Shown: positions 1 to 11,359, numbered from the stretch's first letter. The stretch: 64,000 nt of DNA from a bacterium (GCA_021791545.1 JAJYWL010000016.1:9533-73532); one strand, 5' to 3'. Numbers and translations are program-made. The notes: generated by a model from the letters alone, not told the origin.

Positions 1-450
1 TCCCTTTCCTTCATTTAGTTTTTCTCTAAAATCAAGGATTTTTCTTAGTCCAATCAAATTCTTATGTTCTCCTTTTTCCATTAATTTTGCTATTTCACAA
101 AAAATTGAAAAATTCTTCTTTTTTGAATCTGAAAGAACTGGGAATCTTTGAAAATATGGAATAACTTTCTGAATTATATCCTTTGGATTTGTTACATCAA
201 AAGAGTGTAAGTTATCAATTTTTCTGACTTTAATAATTCCGCAATCCAACTCCTGCTTTAGTAAATAAAGCATAGAAGGATCCTTTTGTGAAACATTAAA
301 GCTCATTACAACTTGCCAATTAACTTTATAATCAGCTTTTCTTCGTAAAGAAACATTGAAACTACCTTCTCCTTCGACAAATCCTGCTAGGAAAAATCCA
401 AGTTTTTCCTTATTCAAGTCTTTCCTGCTGATTTTCCGCACTGAACTCAT
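1..450 (-). CDS. LAGLIDADG homing endonuclease encoded inside a group I intron. It is 3'-truncated by the window edge, with about 150 aa visible.
   Basis: Minus-strand translation from the ATG at 450 reads MSSVRKISRKDLNKEKLGFFLAGFVEGEGSF..., which carries the LAGLIDADG motif LAGFVEGEGSF. The frame stays open to position 1. It is absent from the ORF track only because it is incomplete. Confidence 0.8.
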   Translation of the reverse strand, partial: MSSVRKISRKDLNKEKLGFFLAGFVEGEGSFNVSLRRKADYKVNWQVVMSFNVSQKDPSMLYLLKQELDCGIIKVRKIDNLHSFDVTNPKDIIQKVIPYFQRFPVLSDSKKKNFSIFCEIAKLMEKGEHKNLIGLRKILDFREKLNEGKG

Positions 451-558
451 TATCACCATAATACATGGTAGAGTCAGATACTTCAACCGTTTGTTTTTCA
501 ACAACGGTACGGTTTTTCCAGCATATAGTCGACTTTTACAACTACAACAACTTTTGGT
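1..558 (-). mobile_element. Group I intron (5' part) inserted in 23S rRNA near E. coli positions 1917-1923. It carries the homing endonuclease ORF, and its 3' part lies beyond the window start.
   Basis: The 23S exon, read in the rRNA sense, ends ...GTAAACGGCAGCAGTAACTATAA at plus 560-600. This matches E. coli GTAAACGGCGGCCGTAACTATAACGG. The following 558 nt are AT-rich non-rRNA sequence containing the LAGLIDADG ORF. The boundary is good to about 5 nt. Confidence 0.65.
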
Positions 559-2525
<1,967 letters not shown>

Positions 2526-2601
2526 GACTTTAATTTCTGTTATACAACAGATTTAAAGACTTTCTTCTCTTCACTTTTCAAAGAGCCAAATCATCATTAT
2601 C

Positions 2602-2645
2602 TAGTGCGTAGCGACCAGGTCATTCTGGTACAGCGCTACGCACTA
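2602..2645 (-). other. Perfect 12-bp inverted repeat (hairpin) between tRNA-Ala and the 23S 5' end. It may be a processing or RNase III stem.
   Basis: tagtgcgtagcg (2602-2613) and cgctacgcacta (2634-2645) are exact reverse complements, separated by a 20-nt loop. Confidence 0.4.
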
Positions 2646-2659
2646 AACAACAATGTGAG

Positions 2660-2733
2660 TGGACCGGAAGAGATTCGAACTCTCGACCTTCGCGATGCAA
2701 ACGCGACGCTCTACCAGCTAAGCTACCGGCCCG
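2660..2733 (-). tRNA. tRNA-Ala(TGC)
   Basis: The reverse complement is GGGCCGGTAGCTTAGCTGGTAGAGCGTCGCGTTTGCATCGCGAAGGTCGAGAGTTCGAATCTCTTCCGGTCCA. It has a 7-bp acceptor stem, an anticodon loop TTTGCAT and a T-loop GTTCGAATC. CCA is not encoded. Confidence 0.85.
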
Positions 2734-2906
2734 AGTCTCTGGGTCCAAAATATTAAAAGTACAATTTGAAAGTTATTAAAGCGGAAAAAATACCTAAGAA
2801 GCCATCAAAAACCCTTTTGGGTTAAAGACATTATTCTGTTTGCTATCATAAGTAAGTTTCCACTTTATCAAGCCAACTAAGGCTGGATAAACGTTCACTA
2901 ACAGGG

Positions 2907-2935
2907 AGTTTACCATAGGTAAAAGAAGGTGTCAA
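2907..2935 (-). promoter_or_regulatory. Candidate sigma70 promoter for the tRNA-Ala/23S transcription unit.
   Basis: The minus strand reads TTGACA, 17 nt, then TAAACT. It lies about 170 nt upstream of tRNA-Ala in transcript orientation. Confidence 0.3.
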
Positions 2936-2970
2936 TAGCCTTGTAAGAGTAGGGTAAGAAAAAGCTGATT

Positions 2971-3249
2971 TTACTTTTCTTCGTTATCTTTTTTTCTTAA
3001 TTCTTTTTCTTTTTCCAACTCTGGCTCAACTTCTTCCTCTACCTTGCTATTCATTTTCGTCCTCATCTCAAAAATCTGTTCACGCAGCCTATCATTTAAC
3101 TCTTCTGCTCTTTTCTTAAACTTCTTGTTCTTCAGTGCTTCCGAAAGTCCTATCGCAAGTCCAGCTCCCGCCAAAGCACCCATAAACCCGGCCAGTGCTG
3201 AACCTAGCCCCCTATCATCATTTCTTTCATCATAATATGCCATACTCAA
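2971..3249 (-). CDS. Hypothetical small protein with a Gly-zipper hydrophobic segment followed by a charged helix.
   Basis: 92-aa ORF with a GLGSALAGFMGALAGAGLAIGLS segment and a KE-rich tail. Confidence 0.4.
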   Translation of the reverse strand: MSMAYYDERNDDRGLGSALAGFMGALAGAGLAIGLSEALKNKKFKKRAEELNDRLREQIFEMRTKMNSKVEEEVEPELEKEKELRKKDNEEK

Positions 3250-3333
3250 ACTATAGTCGTTAAAGGAAACAAAGTTTACAAAATAAGGTAAGAAAAAAGT
3301 AATTAGAAAATTTACTTCTGATATACTTAATGA

Positions 3334-4005
3334 ATGAATCCAGGTTCTCCCGAAACTTCACACCAAAATCCCAATGGAACAATAACAACAGAATCGCTCT
3401 CCCATTTAGACCAGTGGGCCATTGCACCAATCTTAAAATTTGAACCCCAAATTCTTGCACAAGATAAATGGCAAGAAATGATTGAAAATACCCAAGCTGA
3501 TGGAAATGAAAGAGGGATAGTTATCAGTTGGGATGGTAAAAAACTTTTAGAAAGTAAAGTCTTTAGCGGAACAGAGGCTGGAATTGTTTCACCCGGACTT
3601 CCACATGGGCTAAAAACCCTAAGCCCTTTTATAAACGAATTGGTGAATATACATACTCATCCTCTACCCCAAGATTTAAAAGTTCCAACCACTATTTTTT
3701 CAGACCTGGATATTAATGCCCTTCTTAAAAGATCACTTAAAGCTTTAGTTGTCTTAGATAAAGGCGGAGTACACATGTTATCAAGGACCCCCTACTCTTC
3801 TTATTTTTCAGATCCTGAACAAGGAGACAAACCGGTGAGAATATCAAATGAGGTAATTGGTATAGCTGAAAACAACACCGGTCTTATAGCTGAAGCAAGG
3901 CTTGAAATGGCTAAAAGACTTAAGCCATTGGGAATAAATTACTATTATTCGCCTGATTTAAATCTGTCTGCAGATAGACTTGTTGAGTTAGCCCAAGTAA
4001 GATAG
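3334..4005 (+). CDS. Hypothetical protein
   Basis: 223-aa ORF with no recognisable motif. The true start may be internal. Confidence 0.35.
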   Translation: MNPGSPETSHQNPNGTITTESLSHLDQWAIAPILKFEPQILAQDKWQEMIENTQADGNERGIVISWDGKKLLESKVFSGTEAGIVSPGLPHGLKTLSPFINELVNIHTHPLPQDLKVPTTIFSDLDINALLKRSLKALVVLDKGGVHMLSRTPYSSYFSDPEQGDKPVRISNEVIGIAENNTGLIAEARLEMAKRLKPLGINYYYSPDLNLSADRLVELAQVR

Positions 4006-4007
4006 CT

Positions 4008-4409
4008 TTACCTTTGCTCCAAGGCAACACCTAACCCTGTTTTTTCTAAATAATCGCTTGTTGCCCTCCTAAATTCCCTTTGCTTTTCTTCCAATTCCCT
4101 TGCTAATTCCAAATCTTCAATTGCCATATTAGCATCAAAACCAAAACTAACAACACTCGTATTTACCGAAGATCTTTGTATTAAAAGCCTTGAATATGGA
4201 AATTTTTTAGAAGCAATTTTAAGATCAAATTCTGTCCAAAATTTTAAGACATGAGAAACATCATCCAAATTAGGATACCTTTTAGAAGGCTCGGGAGTTT
4301 GGGCAACATTAAAATATATTTCAGATATATCTTTTAATCTTTCTTGAGATAAATCTGAAAGCCTAATTCCATAAAACACTTCCTGAGGTCGCTTTCCTGC
4401 TTCTGTCAT
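4008..4409 (-). CDS. Hypothetical protein
   Basis: 133-aa ORF convergent with the previous gene. No recognisable motif. Confidence 0.35.
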   Translation of the reverse strand: MTEAGKRPQEVFYGIRLSDLSQERLKDISEIYFNVAQTPEPSKRYPNLDDVSHVLKFWTEFDLKIASKKFPYSRLLIQRSSVNTSVVSFGFDANMAIEDLELARELEEKQREFRRATSDYLEKTGLGVALEQR

Positions 4410-4446
4410 TTCAAAAATTATAGCAAAATATAAATATTGAAGAAAA

Positions 4447-4824
4447 CTACATTCCCGGAGGAGTTTCTATAATTGCAATAGTATTCCCCTCCGTATCTTT
4501 AAATTGAGAATAAATTCCTACTCTTTCCATTTCTACTTTTTCGTTTACTTTAGTTCCTCCTGCTTTTTGAATTTTTTCTGCATAATCGTCGTAATTTGGT
4601 ACCTGAACATATATCACACAGGCATTTGGATCGCCTTCAGATGAAGGATTTTCCCTTCTCATCAGTCCTCCGTTTAAACCTTCTTTTGTATCAATGTTCC
4701 AGTAATCAATTCCGCCCTCCTCTGAACCTTGAAATTTCGTTATTTCCCAACCGAAAACATCCCGATAAAACTTTATTGCTCTCTCGGGATCATCCGCGTG
4801 AATTTCAAAGTGGACTATTTTCAT
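4447..4824 (-). CDS. VOC/glyoxalase-bleomycin resistance family protein
   Basis: 125 aa. The N-terminus MKIVHFEIHADDPERAIKFYRDVFGWE is typical of the glyoxalase I/VOC fold. Confidence 0.7.
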   Translation of the reverse strand: MKIVHFEIHADDPERAIKFYRDVFGWEITKFQGSEEGGIDYWNIDTKEGLNGGLMRRENPSSEGDPNACVIYVQVPNYDDYAEKIQKAGGTKVNEKVEMERVGIYSQFKDTEGNTIAIIETPPGM

Positions 4825-4887
4825 ATAAAAATATTATCTCAAGAATAAATATTTAAGAATAAAAAATAGTAAGAAGAAAGTAAAAAA

Positions 4888-6282
4888 TTAATGGATGTAT
4901 TTTCTAAACAAGCCGCTTCTAAAAGTAGGGTCTGCGTATTTTCCAATGTAATTTGAAAAACTTTTAATACCAGCTCTTATCTTTGGAGCAACGTATCCTA
5001 CGCTTACTCTTGTTAAATAAAATCTTTCTATAGTCTTTTTATTTTTATGTATTACATTATAAATAGGAACCAAACCCAAAATACCCTTAAGCCTACTTTT
5101 CTTTCCGCTTTTTTGCCAAGTCTTAAAGTATTGATAAGCTGCAATTGCCCAAAGCTGAGGATCATTTTTCCCGGGCTTCATTGTTTGATTGTCTATTATA
5201 AAAAGTTCCGGGTAACTTCCCTCATAGGAAAATAGATAATTAGTTACTCTGAAACTTACTTCTTTTACATGATTTAGTACCATAACAAGTTCTTCATCCT
5301 CTATCTTTTTTGCCCACTCTAAATGTTTTACAGCACCTTTATGGATAAGAGCTTGTTCATGAGTCCAAAGAGTTCTTGCATGATAAGCATCTGGGACTCT
5401 TGCGGCATCTTTTGGGTCCAAAACTCTGTATCCAAGAGGCGTTTCCAACACCACTGAAGACTGAACAATTTCTTTAATCATCTTTGGAGATATATCTTGA
5501 GGATTTAAATAAAATAGAGCTTCCAGCCCGTCCGAACTTATCGCTTTTATTTCACCATTCCCGTCTATTGCTATCGGAAAATTCCCCATCTCCTTATCGA
5601 AAAGTAAGGGAATGCTTTTTCTCATTTCCTCTGCCCTTTTATAAAGATCTTCTGACATAAGTAAATGAGATGCAGCTCTTAGACCTGCCAAATTCTGAAT
5701 CTGCACAAGAGGATATTTAACGGGATATATAGGTTCTCCGTTAGTTCTGTCTAAAAGAATTGAGTCTTTCCAATATGTAACTTTTAAAGCATATTTTTGC
5801 GCATCGCTAAATCTTGGATCTTCTATAAATATATTATTTTCGTCCAAATGCATAAGTATATATTCTGCCGCCATTTTTATATTCTCTTTTTGAGCATCGG
5901 AAAGATGCCTGTTTCCTGTAAGTTTTTGATATTCTTCATGGGCGATAAGATAAAGTGCCGTCGTATCCGATGCATTAAATTTTGTAGTAAGACCCGGACT
6001 TTGAGAAAGCTCTACCCCATCGTTTAATTCGGTATCATATTCATGAAAAATTATTCCGGGTTGTTCACCTGTTCTTGGATCTTTTTTGACTCCCTGAATA
6101 GAAGCTGCAAACTTTAGCTTATTCTCAAGCATCATTGCATTTCCCGACAAAAGAGCAGACAAAACTCCGTCTCTCATAAATGTCCTGGGAAATCCGGGAA
6201 GACCCGCTTTATAGAGGATATAGTCACCATATTTAAAACTTAACTGGTCCAGTGGATCAATAGATAAATTAGCTTTTGCCAT
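4888..6282 (-). CDS. Putative (alpha/alpha)6-barrel glycoside hydrolase of the amylo-alpha-1,6-glucosidase (GDE_C-like) family
   Basis: 464 aa. The segment GLPGFPRTFMRDGVLSALLSG resembles the GDE_C signature WFGxWGRDTxISLxGL. No signal peptide. Confidence 0.4.
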   Translation of the reverse strand: MAKANLSIDPLDQLSFKYGDYILYKAGLPGFPRTFMRDGVLSALLSGNAMMLENKLKFAASIQGVKKDPRTGEQPGIIFHEYDTELNDGVELSQSPGLTTKFNASDTTALYLIAHEEYQKLTGNRHLSDAQKENIKMAAEYILMHLDENNIFIEDPRFSDAQKYALKVTYWKDSILLDRTNGEPIYPVKYPLVQIQNLAGLRAASHLLMSEDLYKRAEEMRKSIPLLFDKEMGNFPIAIDGNGEIKAISSDGLEALFYLNPQDISPKMIKEIVQSSVVLETPLGYRVLDPKDAARVPDAYHARTLWTHEQALIHKGAVKHLEWAKKIEDEELVMVLNHVKEVSFRVTNYLFSYEGSYPELFIIDNQTMKPGKNDPQLWAIAAYQYFKTWQKSGKKSRLKGILGLVPIYNVIHKNKKTIERFYLTRVSVGYVAPKIRAGIKSFSNYIGKYADPTFRSGLFRKYIH

Positions 6283-6359
6283 ATTACTTACCTACTATAA
6301 CCCCGGATTAAGAAATTACAACACTGAATCTAACTAGAGGACTTCTTATAGTAATTTTG

Positions 6360-7274
6360 CTATGAGGTTTCTCTTAGGTATTTTTCTACCTCAAGAGCGG
6401 CTGCCGAACCGTAGCCGGCCGCTGTTATAGCCTGTCTATAATGTGTATCGTGAACGTCTCCTGCCGTATAAACTCCCTTGATGTTAGTCTTGAAATGATC
6501 ATAAGCTTTTATGTAACCTACCTCGTCAAGATCAATTACCCCCTGGAATAGCTTGGTATTGGGTATATGACCTATTGCTACAAAAACTCCGTCTATGGGC
6601 ATTTCCGACTCTTCGCCAGTTTTATTATTTTTTATTTTGACTTTTTCTACCTTAAGCTCTCCTAATATCTCTGTTACTTCGGTGTTATATATAAACTTTA
6701 TCTTGGGGTTTTCCATTGCCTTTTGCTGCATTGCCTTTGAAGCTTTTAGGGTGTCCCCTCTGTAAACGACGGTAACCGAGGTCGCAAAATTAGCTAATAC
6801 TGTAGCTTCTTCCATCGCAGAATCTCCTCCCCCCACAACTATTACATTTCTGTCTCTAAAAAAGGCGGCATCACAAGGAGCACAAGAAGATACCCCTCTT
6901 CCGATCTTTTCTGCTTCTCCCGGTACTCCGAGCCATTTAGTATCGGCTCCTGTTGCCAAGATAACGGTTTTTCCTTCATATTCCTGGTCTCCTACTTTTA
7001 CCTTAAAAATATCACCGGAAAAGTCAAGAGAAGTAAAGTCGGAATCAACCATTTCTGCTCCAAATCTCTCTGCCTGTTTTCTCATGTTTGTCATAAGCTC
7101 AGGTCCCTGAATCCCTTCAGGAAATCCGGGAAAATTCTCTACGAGAGTCGTAAGCATTAATTGTCCTCCCCATTTAACACCGCTAATAACCAAAGTCTTA
7201 AGTGATGCTCTGGTCGTATAAATTGCTGCGGTTAAACCGGCAGGACCTCCACCTAAAATAATTACGTCGTACAT
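6360..7274 (-). CDS. trxB: Thioredoxin-disulfide reductase
   Basis: FAD-binding N-terminus MYDVIILGGGPAGLTAAIY, redox motif CAPCDAAFF and an NADPH site VVGGGDSAMEEA. Confidence 0.9.
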   Translation of the reverse strand: MYDVIILGGGPAGLTAAIYTTRASLKTLVISGVKWGGQLMLTTLVENFPGFPEGIQGPELMTNMRKQAERFGAEMVDSDFTSLDFSGDIFKVKVGDQEYEGKTVILATGADTKWLGVPGEAEKIGRGVSSCAPCDAAFFRDRNVIVVGGGDSAMEEATVLANFATSVTVVYRGDTLKASKAMQQKAMENPKIKFIYNTEVTEILGELKVEKVKIKNNKTGEESEMPIDGVFVAIGHIPNTKLFQGVIDLDEVGYIKAYDHFKTNIKGVYTAGDVHDTHYRQAITAAGYGSAAALEVEKYLRETS

Positions 7275-7284
7275 ATTAAAAGTC

Positions 7285-7602
7285 TTATCCGAGAACTGCG
7301 TCTATTTCTTTCTTGAAATTCTCTTTGCTTTGTGCCCCTATCATTTGCTTAACGGGCTGTCCGTTTTTGAAAATCATTATTGTAGGAATACTCATAATTC
7401 CAAAGCTGGAAGCTGTTTGACCGTTCTGATCTACATTTAATTTACCTACTTTAAGTTTTCCGGAGTAATCTCCGGCGAGTTCTTCTACTATTGGGCCTAC
7501 AATTCTGCAAGGCATACACCATTCTGCCCAGAAATCAACCAATACAGGAACTTCCGATTTTAATACTTCTTCCGCAAAATTTTGATCTGTAATATCTACC
7601 AT
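7285..7602 (-). CDS. trxA: Thioredoxin
   Basis: 105 aa with the motif [10 protein letters not shown], a CxxC site in CMPC form. Confidence 0.85.
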   Translation of the reverse strand: MVDITDQNFAEEVLKSEVPVLVDFWAEWCMPCRIVGPIVEELAGDYSGKLKVGKLNVDQNGQTASSFGIMSIPTIMIFKNGQPVKQMIGAQSKENFKKEIDAVLG

Positions 7603-7652
7603 CGTTCACCTCCTCGCTTTCTAAAATACCAGAGAAAAATCTTCCCTGTCAA

Positions 7653-7970
7653 TTAGTTTTCAAGTATTTTCTTTACAAACTGTGCGTTCTCGCCTTCTCC
7701 CAATGAATAACAAATATTCTGTCCTGTCCTTTTAGTTTCTACAATACCCATAGATTTAAGTTTGGAAAGTTGATGAGATACTGCAGAAATTGAAATATCG
7801 ACCTTCTTTGTTATGTCCGAAACACATGGACCGTTCTCCTCTACCAAAACGGAAAGGATCTTAAGACAATTAGGATCTCCTATACATTTAAATATTGCTG
7901 CCTTTTCTAAAAGTTGGACATCTTTCTGTTTATTGATATTGAATGGATTCATATTTGAATGATTGCTCAA
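7653..7970 (-). CDS. ArsR/SmtB-family HTH transcriptional regulator
   Basis: A helix-turn-helix region DPNCLKILSVL...VSDITKKVDISISAVSHQLSKLKSMGIV. It sits directly upstream of trxA-trxB on the same strand. Confidence 0.7.
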   Translation of the reverse strand: MSNHSNMNPFNINKQKDVQLLEKAAIFKCIGDPNCLKILSVLVEENGPCVSDITKKVDISISAVSHQLSKLKSMGIVETKRTGQNICYSLGEGENAQFVKKILEN

Positions 7971-8001
7971 ATACTAAAATACACCCGGAAAAGGTTTTAT
8001 G

Positions 8002-9009
8002 TCAAGCAGTTTTTACTAAATTCTGGTATTTCCCCATTAAGAAAGCTTTTATATTAAGTATTGTAGTATCCAGAATCTGGATTAACGCCTCATTACTATT
8101 GAAAGCATTGTGCGGAGTAATGACTACGTCATCCCTTGTTAAAAGTACATGATCCAAAAGCTGTGTTTTTAGATCGACCTTGCTCAGGTACTCAGAGGAA
8201 AGGAATTCTCTCTCTTCTTTAAGACCTACTTCTTCTTCCAAAACATCAAGTCCTGCTCCCGAAAGTATTCCCCTCTCTAAACCCTCAAGCACTGCCTGAG
8301 TCTCTACTAATGATCCTCTTGCCGTATTTATTAGAATTGCTCCTTTTTTGAATTTCCCAATATTTTCCATATTAATGATGTGGTTTGTCTCCTTACAGGC
8401 GGGAAGATGAAGACTAACGACATCCGAATTGGCAAGAAGCTCATCCAAAGAAACAAAACTTACTCCCTTCAAAACGAGGTCTTCATCTATTGTTCTATTA
8501 TGTGCAAGAACTTTCATTCCAAACCCTTGAGCTATCTGTATTGCACTTTTCCCTATATGTCCCGTTCCTATGACACCGAGTGTTTTTCCAAAAAGATCGA
8601 AACCTGTCAATCCTACACTCGAGAAATCCCCCTTCTTAGCCTGCTCTACGGATGGAATGAGTTTTTTAGATAGAGCAAGAATAAGAGCGAAGGCGTGCTC
8701 GGCAACCGTATGGGAACCGTAAGTGGGAACATTTGAGACCGCAATATTATGTGAAGCACAATACGAAAGGTCTATATGATCAAACCCCATGGAACGGGAA
8801 GAAATATATTTAAGATGAGGCATCTTAGAAAGAGTTTCTGCGTTTACTGTTGAATAGATAAATGGAGAAAGAATGGTCGCGTCTTCAAATTTAGAGGCAT
8901 TTGTAGCCTCAAGCTTTTCCGGAGTCAATTCTAATACGTGGTCCGGAAGAGCTTTTCTTATATAATCCTCTTCCCATTTTTCTATCTCACAAAATACGAT
9001 TTTTTCCAT
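8002..9009 (-). CDS. D-isomer-specific 2-hydroxyacid dehydrogenase, NAD-binding
   Basis: NAD fingerprint GKTLGVIGTGHIGKSAIQIAQGFGMKV, plus catalytic-domain similarity. Confidence 0.75.
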   Translation of the reverse strand: MEKIVFCEIEKWEEDYIRKALPDHVLELTPEKLEATNASKFEDATILSPFIYSTVNAETLSKMPHLKYISSRSMGFDHIDLSYCASHNIAVSNVPTYGSHTVAEHAFALILALSKKLIPSVEQAKKGDFSSVGLTGFDLFGKTLGVIGTGHIGKSAIQIAQGFGMKVLAHNRTIDEDLVLKGVSFVSLDELLANSDVVSLHLPACKETNHIINMENIGKFKKGAILINTARGSLVETQAVLEGLERGILSGAGLDVLEEEVGLKEEREFLSSEYLSKVDLKTQLLDHVLLTRDDVVITPHNAFNSNEALIQILDTTILNIKAFLMGKYQNLVKTA

Positions 9010-9074
9010 TCAATTAAACTATAACATAAGTTTGGTTATTGACAAAAGTTTTAAAAAAAGGCTAAAATTCTTTT

Positions 9075-9860
9075 ATGGCAAAAGCGGCTAAGCCTCAAAA
9101 ACTCAATTTTTTACCTAAAAAAACTCCTGCTTTTATAGATAATGTAGTAAAAGGAAAATCATATACTCCTCTTTTAGTCCTTCTTTTAGTAGTAGCTGCA
9201 TTCTTAATAGGAATGCTTGTCACAAAAATTCAATATCTTGAAAAGAGTGCACAGCAAGCTCCATCCGTTGCCCAACAACAGCAACAGCAGGGACAACAAC
9301 CTCCTACCCTTGCACCGGGACAAAGAGTCACTGTTGATACGGGAAATCTTCCTGTTATGGGAGACAAAAATGCAAAAGTAACAGTTGTTGAATTTGCAGA
9401 CTATCAATGCCCATACTGCGAAAAATGGTTTACAGATTCGGAGCAAAATATGATAAACGATTATGTTAAAACAGGAAAAGTAAAATTTGCTTTCAGAGAT
9501 TATCCTTTCCTCGGTCAAGAGTCTACCTGGGCAGCAGAAGCCGCAAGATGCGCTAACGATCAAGGCAAATTCTGGGATTATCATGATTATCTATACAAAC
9601 ATCAGGGTCCTGAAAATGGCGGAACATTCACTAAAGACAGCCTTAAGAAATTCGCAGCAGATTTGGGACTTGATACTACCCAATTCAACTCCTGCCTAGA
9701 CACAGATAAATACTCAAAAGCCGCAGCCGATGACTTGGCAGCAGGACAAAAAGCTGGAGTATCAGGAACTCCAACAATCTATGTAAATGGTCTTCAGTTA
9801 GTAGGAGCACAACCTTACGAGACACTTAAACAAACTATTGATCAGGAGCTTTCAAAATAA
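9075..9860 (+). CDS. DsbA-family thiol:disulfide oxidoreductase with an N-terminal membrane anchor
   Basis: A transmembrane segment (PLLVLLLVVAAFLIGMLV), a Gln-rich linker and a thioredoxin fold with FADYQCPYCEKWF. Confidence 0.8.
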   Translation: MAKAAKPQKLNFLPKKTPAFIDNVVKGKSYTPLLVLLLVVAAFLIGMLVTKIQYLEKSAQQAPSVAQQQQQQGQQPPTLAPGQRVTVDTGNLPVMGDKNAKVTVVEFADYQCPYCEKWFTDSEQNMINDYVKTGKVKFAFRDYPFLGQESTWAAEAARCANDQGKFWDYHDYLYKHQGPENGGTFTKDSLKKFAADLGLDTTQFNSCLDTDKYSKAAADDLAAGQKAGVSGTPTIYVNGLQLVGAQPYETLKQTIDQELSK

Positions 9861-9862
9861 CC

Positions 9863-10618
9863 TCAACCCAGAAGCTTAATTAATCCCCAGATAAGAAGAA
9901 TGCCCAAGATAAAGAAGAATGTTTCATTAAAGGCAAGACTTCTTTTTGCTTTGGTATGTATTTCGGGAAGAAGGTCTGTTGCCGAAAGGTAAAGAAAATT
10001 TGCCGTAGTTATAGCAAGCATTACGGGGATAATCTTTTCAAAAAAGCTTCCTACATAGAATGCGATAAGTGCTCCTAAAATAGCCAAAACCCCCGTAAGG
10101 AAATTAAATCCGAATACTTTCCATCTTCCATATCCTTTATGAATTAATATTCCAAAATCCCCTAGCTCATGGGGAATCTCATGGATAAAAACTGCTGTTG
10201 CAGTAACTAAACCTAAAGGAAAACTTACCAAAAAGCTGGTAGCAATAGAAATTCCGTCTATGAAGTTATGCATTCCGTCTCCGGAAAGAAGAAAGCCTAC
10301 AGGAAGCCTCATTTCATCTTCCAACGCCTTCTTATCCTCTTCCCCATGATGATGAATAAAGATAAAAAGCCTCTCTATGACAAAAAAGGCGGCAAAAGAA
10401 ATAGCAATCCATAGAAAAGCATTGTCTCCTCCCTTTTCTATCGTCTCCTTCATCGTGTCCAAAAAACCTGTTGCGAGAAGTGCCCCCGCGGCAAAAGAAA
10501 CCAAAGAAAAGGAAAACTTTTTCATTAATTCCTCTTTAAAAAGAAGTATACCCACCAAGAATAATGACAGTATCGAAGCCAGAAAGGTGAAAAATAAAAT
10601 GGTTACTAATGTATTCAT
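9863..10618 (-). CDS. zupT: ZIP-family zinc/iron permease (ZupT-like)
   Basis: Polytopic membrane protein with the ZIP signature HEIPHELGDFGIL and His-rich loops. Confidence 0.8.
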   Translation of the reverse strand: MNTLVTILFFTFLASILSLFLVGILLFKEELMKKFSFSLVSFAAGALLATGFLDTMKETIEKGGDNAFLWIAISFAAFFVIERLFIFIHHHGEEDKKALEDEMRLPVGFLLSGDGMHNFIDGISIATSFLVSFPLGLVTATAVFIHEIPHELGDFGILIHKGYGRWKVFGFNFLTGVLAILGALIAFYVGSFFEKIIPVMLAITTANFLYLSATDLLPEIHTKAKRSLAFNETFFFILGILLIWGLIKLLG

Positions 10619-11091
10619 TTCTTACAAGCTGAGCAGAGGCCGAAAAATTCAAGAGCATGTCTTTTCACAAAAAATTTATTAGCTTTCTCTATCTCTTTCT
10701 CCATTTGGGGAATTACAGTATCCGAAATAGTCTGTACTTTTCCGCAGTTTTCGCAGATCAAGTGATGGTGATCCCCCTTACTGTTAAGTTCATAGCTAAT
10801 TTTACCTTTTTTAACTTGAACCTCGTGTGTTATTCCCTTCTTCAGAAAGTCGTTCATCATTCTAAATACGGTTGCTCTGTCTACTCTAATATTATTATTT
10901 TTTAAATAATCTAGGATTTCTCCGGCGTCAACCGGACCTTGAGTTTCAAAAAACCTAAGGACCTCTACTCTTGCGGGTGTAGCTTTGAGGTTAAATTCTT
11001 TCAGTTCATCTTCGCACCTATGTTCTTGTTTCTTAAAGGGGTTTAACATGGCACAAGTATATGCAACTTGATTGCATTTGTCAAGTATCAA
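10615..11091 (-). CDS. zur: Fur-family metalloregulator, probably Zur
   Basis: Winged-helix N-terminus and C-terminal HHHLICENCGKV...CSACKK metal sites. It overlaps zupT by 4 nt. Confidence 0.75.
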   Translation of the reverse strand: MILDKCNQVAYTCAMLNPFKKQEHRCEDELKEFNLKATPARVEVLRFFETQGPVDAGEILDYLKNNNIRVDRATVFRMMNDFLKKGITHEVQVKKGKISYELNSKGDHHHLICENCGKVQTISDTVIPQMEKEIEKANKFFVKRHALEFFGLCSACKK

Positions 11092-11357
11092 TGGAGAATT
11101 TGGAAATCTAAGAAGCTATCCTGATTATTTTCCCAATTAACATCCAAGCTTTTTACTTCAGAAAGGAAGGGGCCTTTCTCCATAATTCTTATTAAATCTT
11201 CTATCTTTTCTTTAGGGCCCCGAACGACTGCCTCTACTCTTCCGTCTGAAAGATTCTTAACCCATCCTTTTAATTCTAATTTTCTTGCGTTTCTTTTTAC
11301 AAAAGCTCTATATCCAACACCTTGAACAAAACCAATAACAAAAATGTGAGCGTCCAT
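11088..11357 (-). CDS. acyP: Acylphosphatase
   Basis: 89 aa with the acylphosphatase signatures VQGVGYR and GWVKNLSDGRVE. It overlaps zur by 4 nt. Confidence 0.8.
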   Translation of the reverse strand: MDAHIFVIGFVQGVGYRAFVKRNARKLELKGWVKNLSDGRVEAVVRGPKEKIEDLIRIMEKGPFLSEVKSLDVNWENNQDSFLDFQILH

Positions 11358-11359
11358 AA

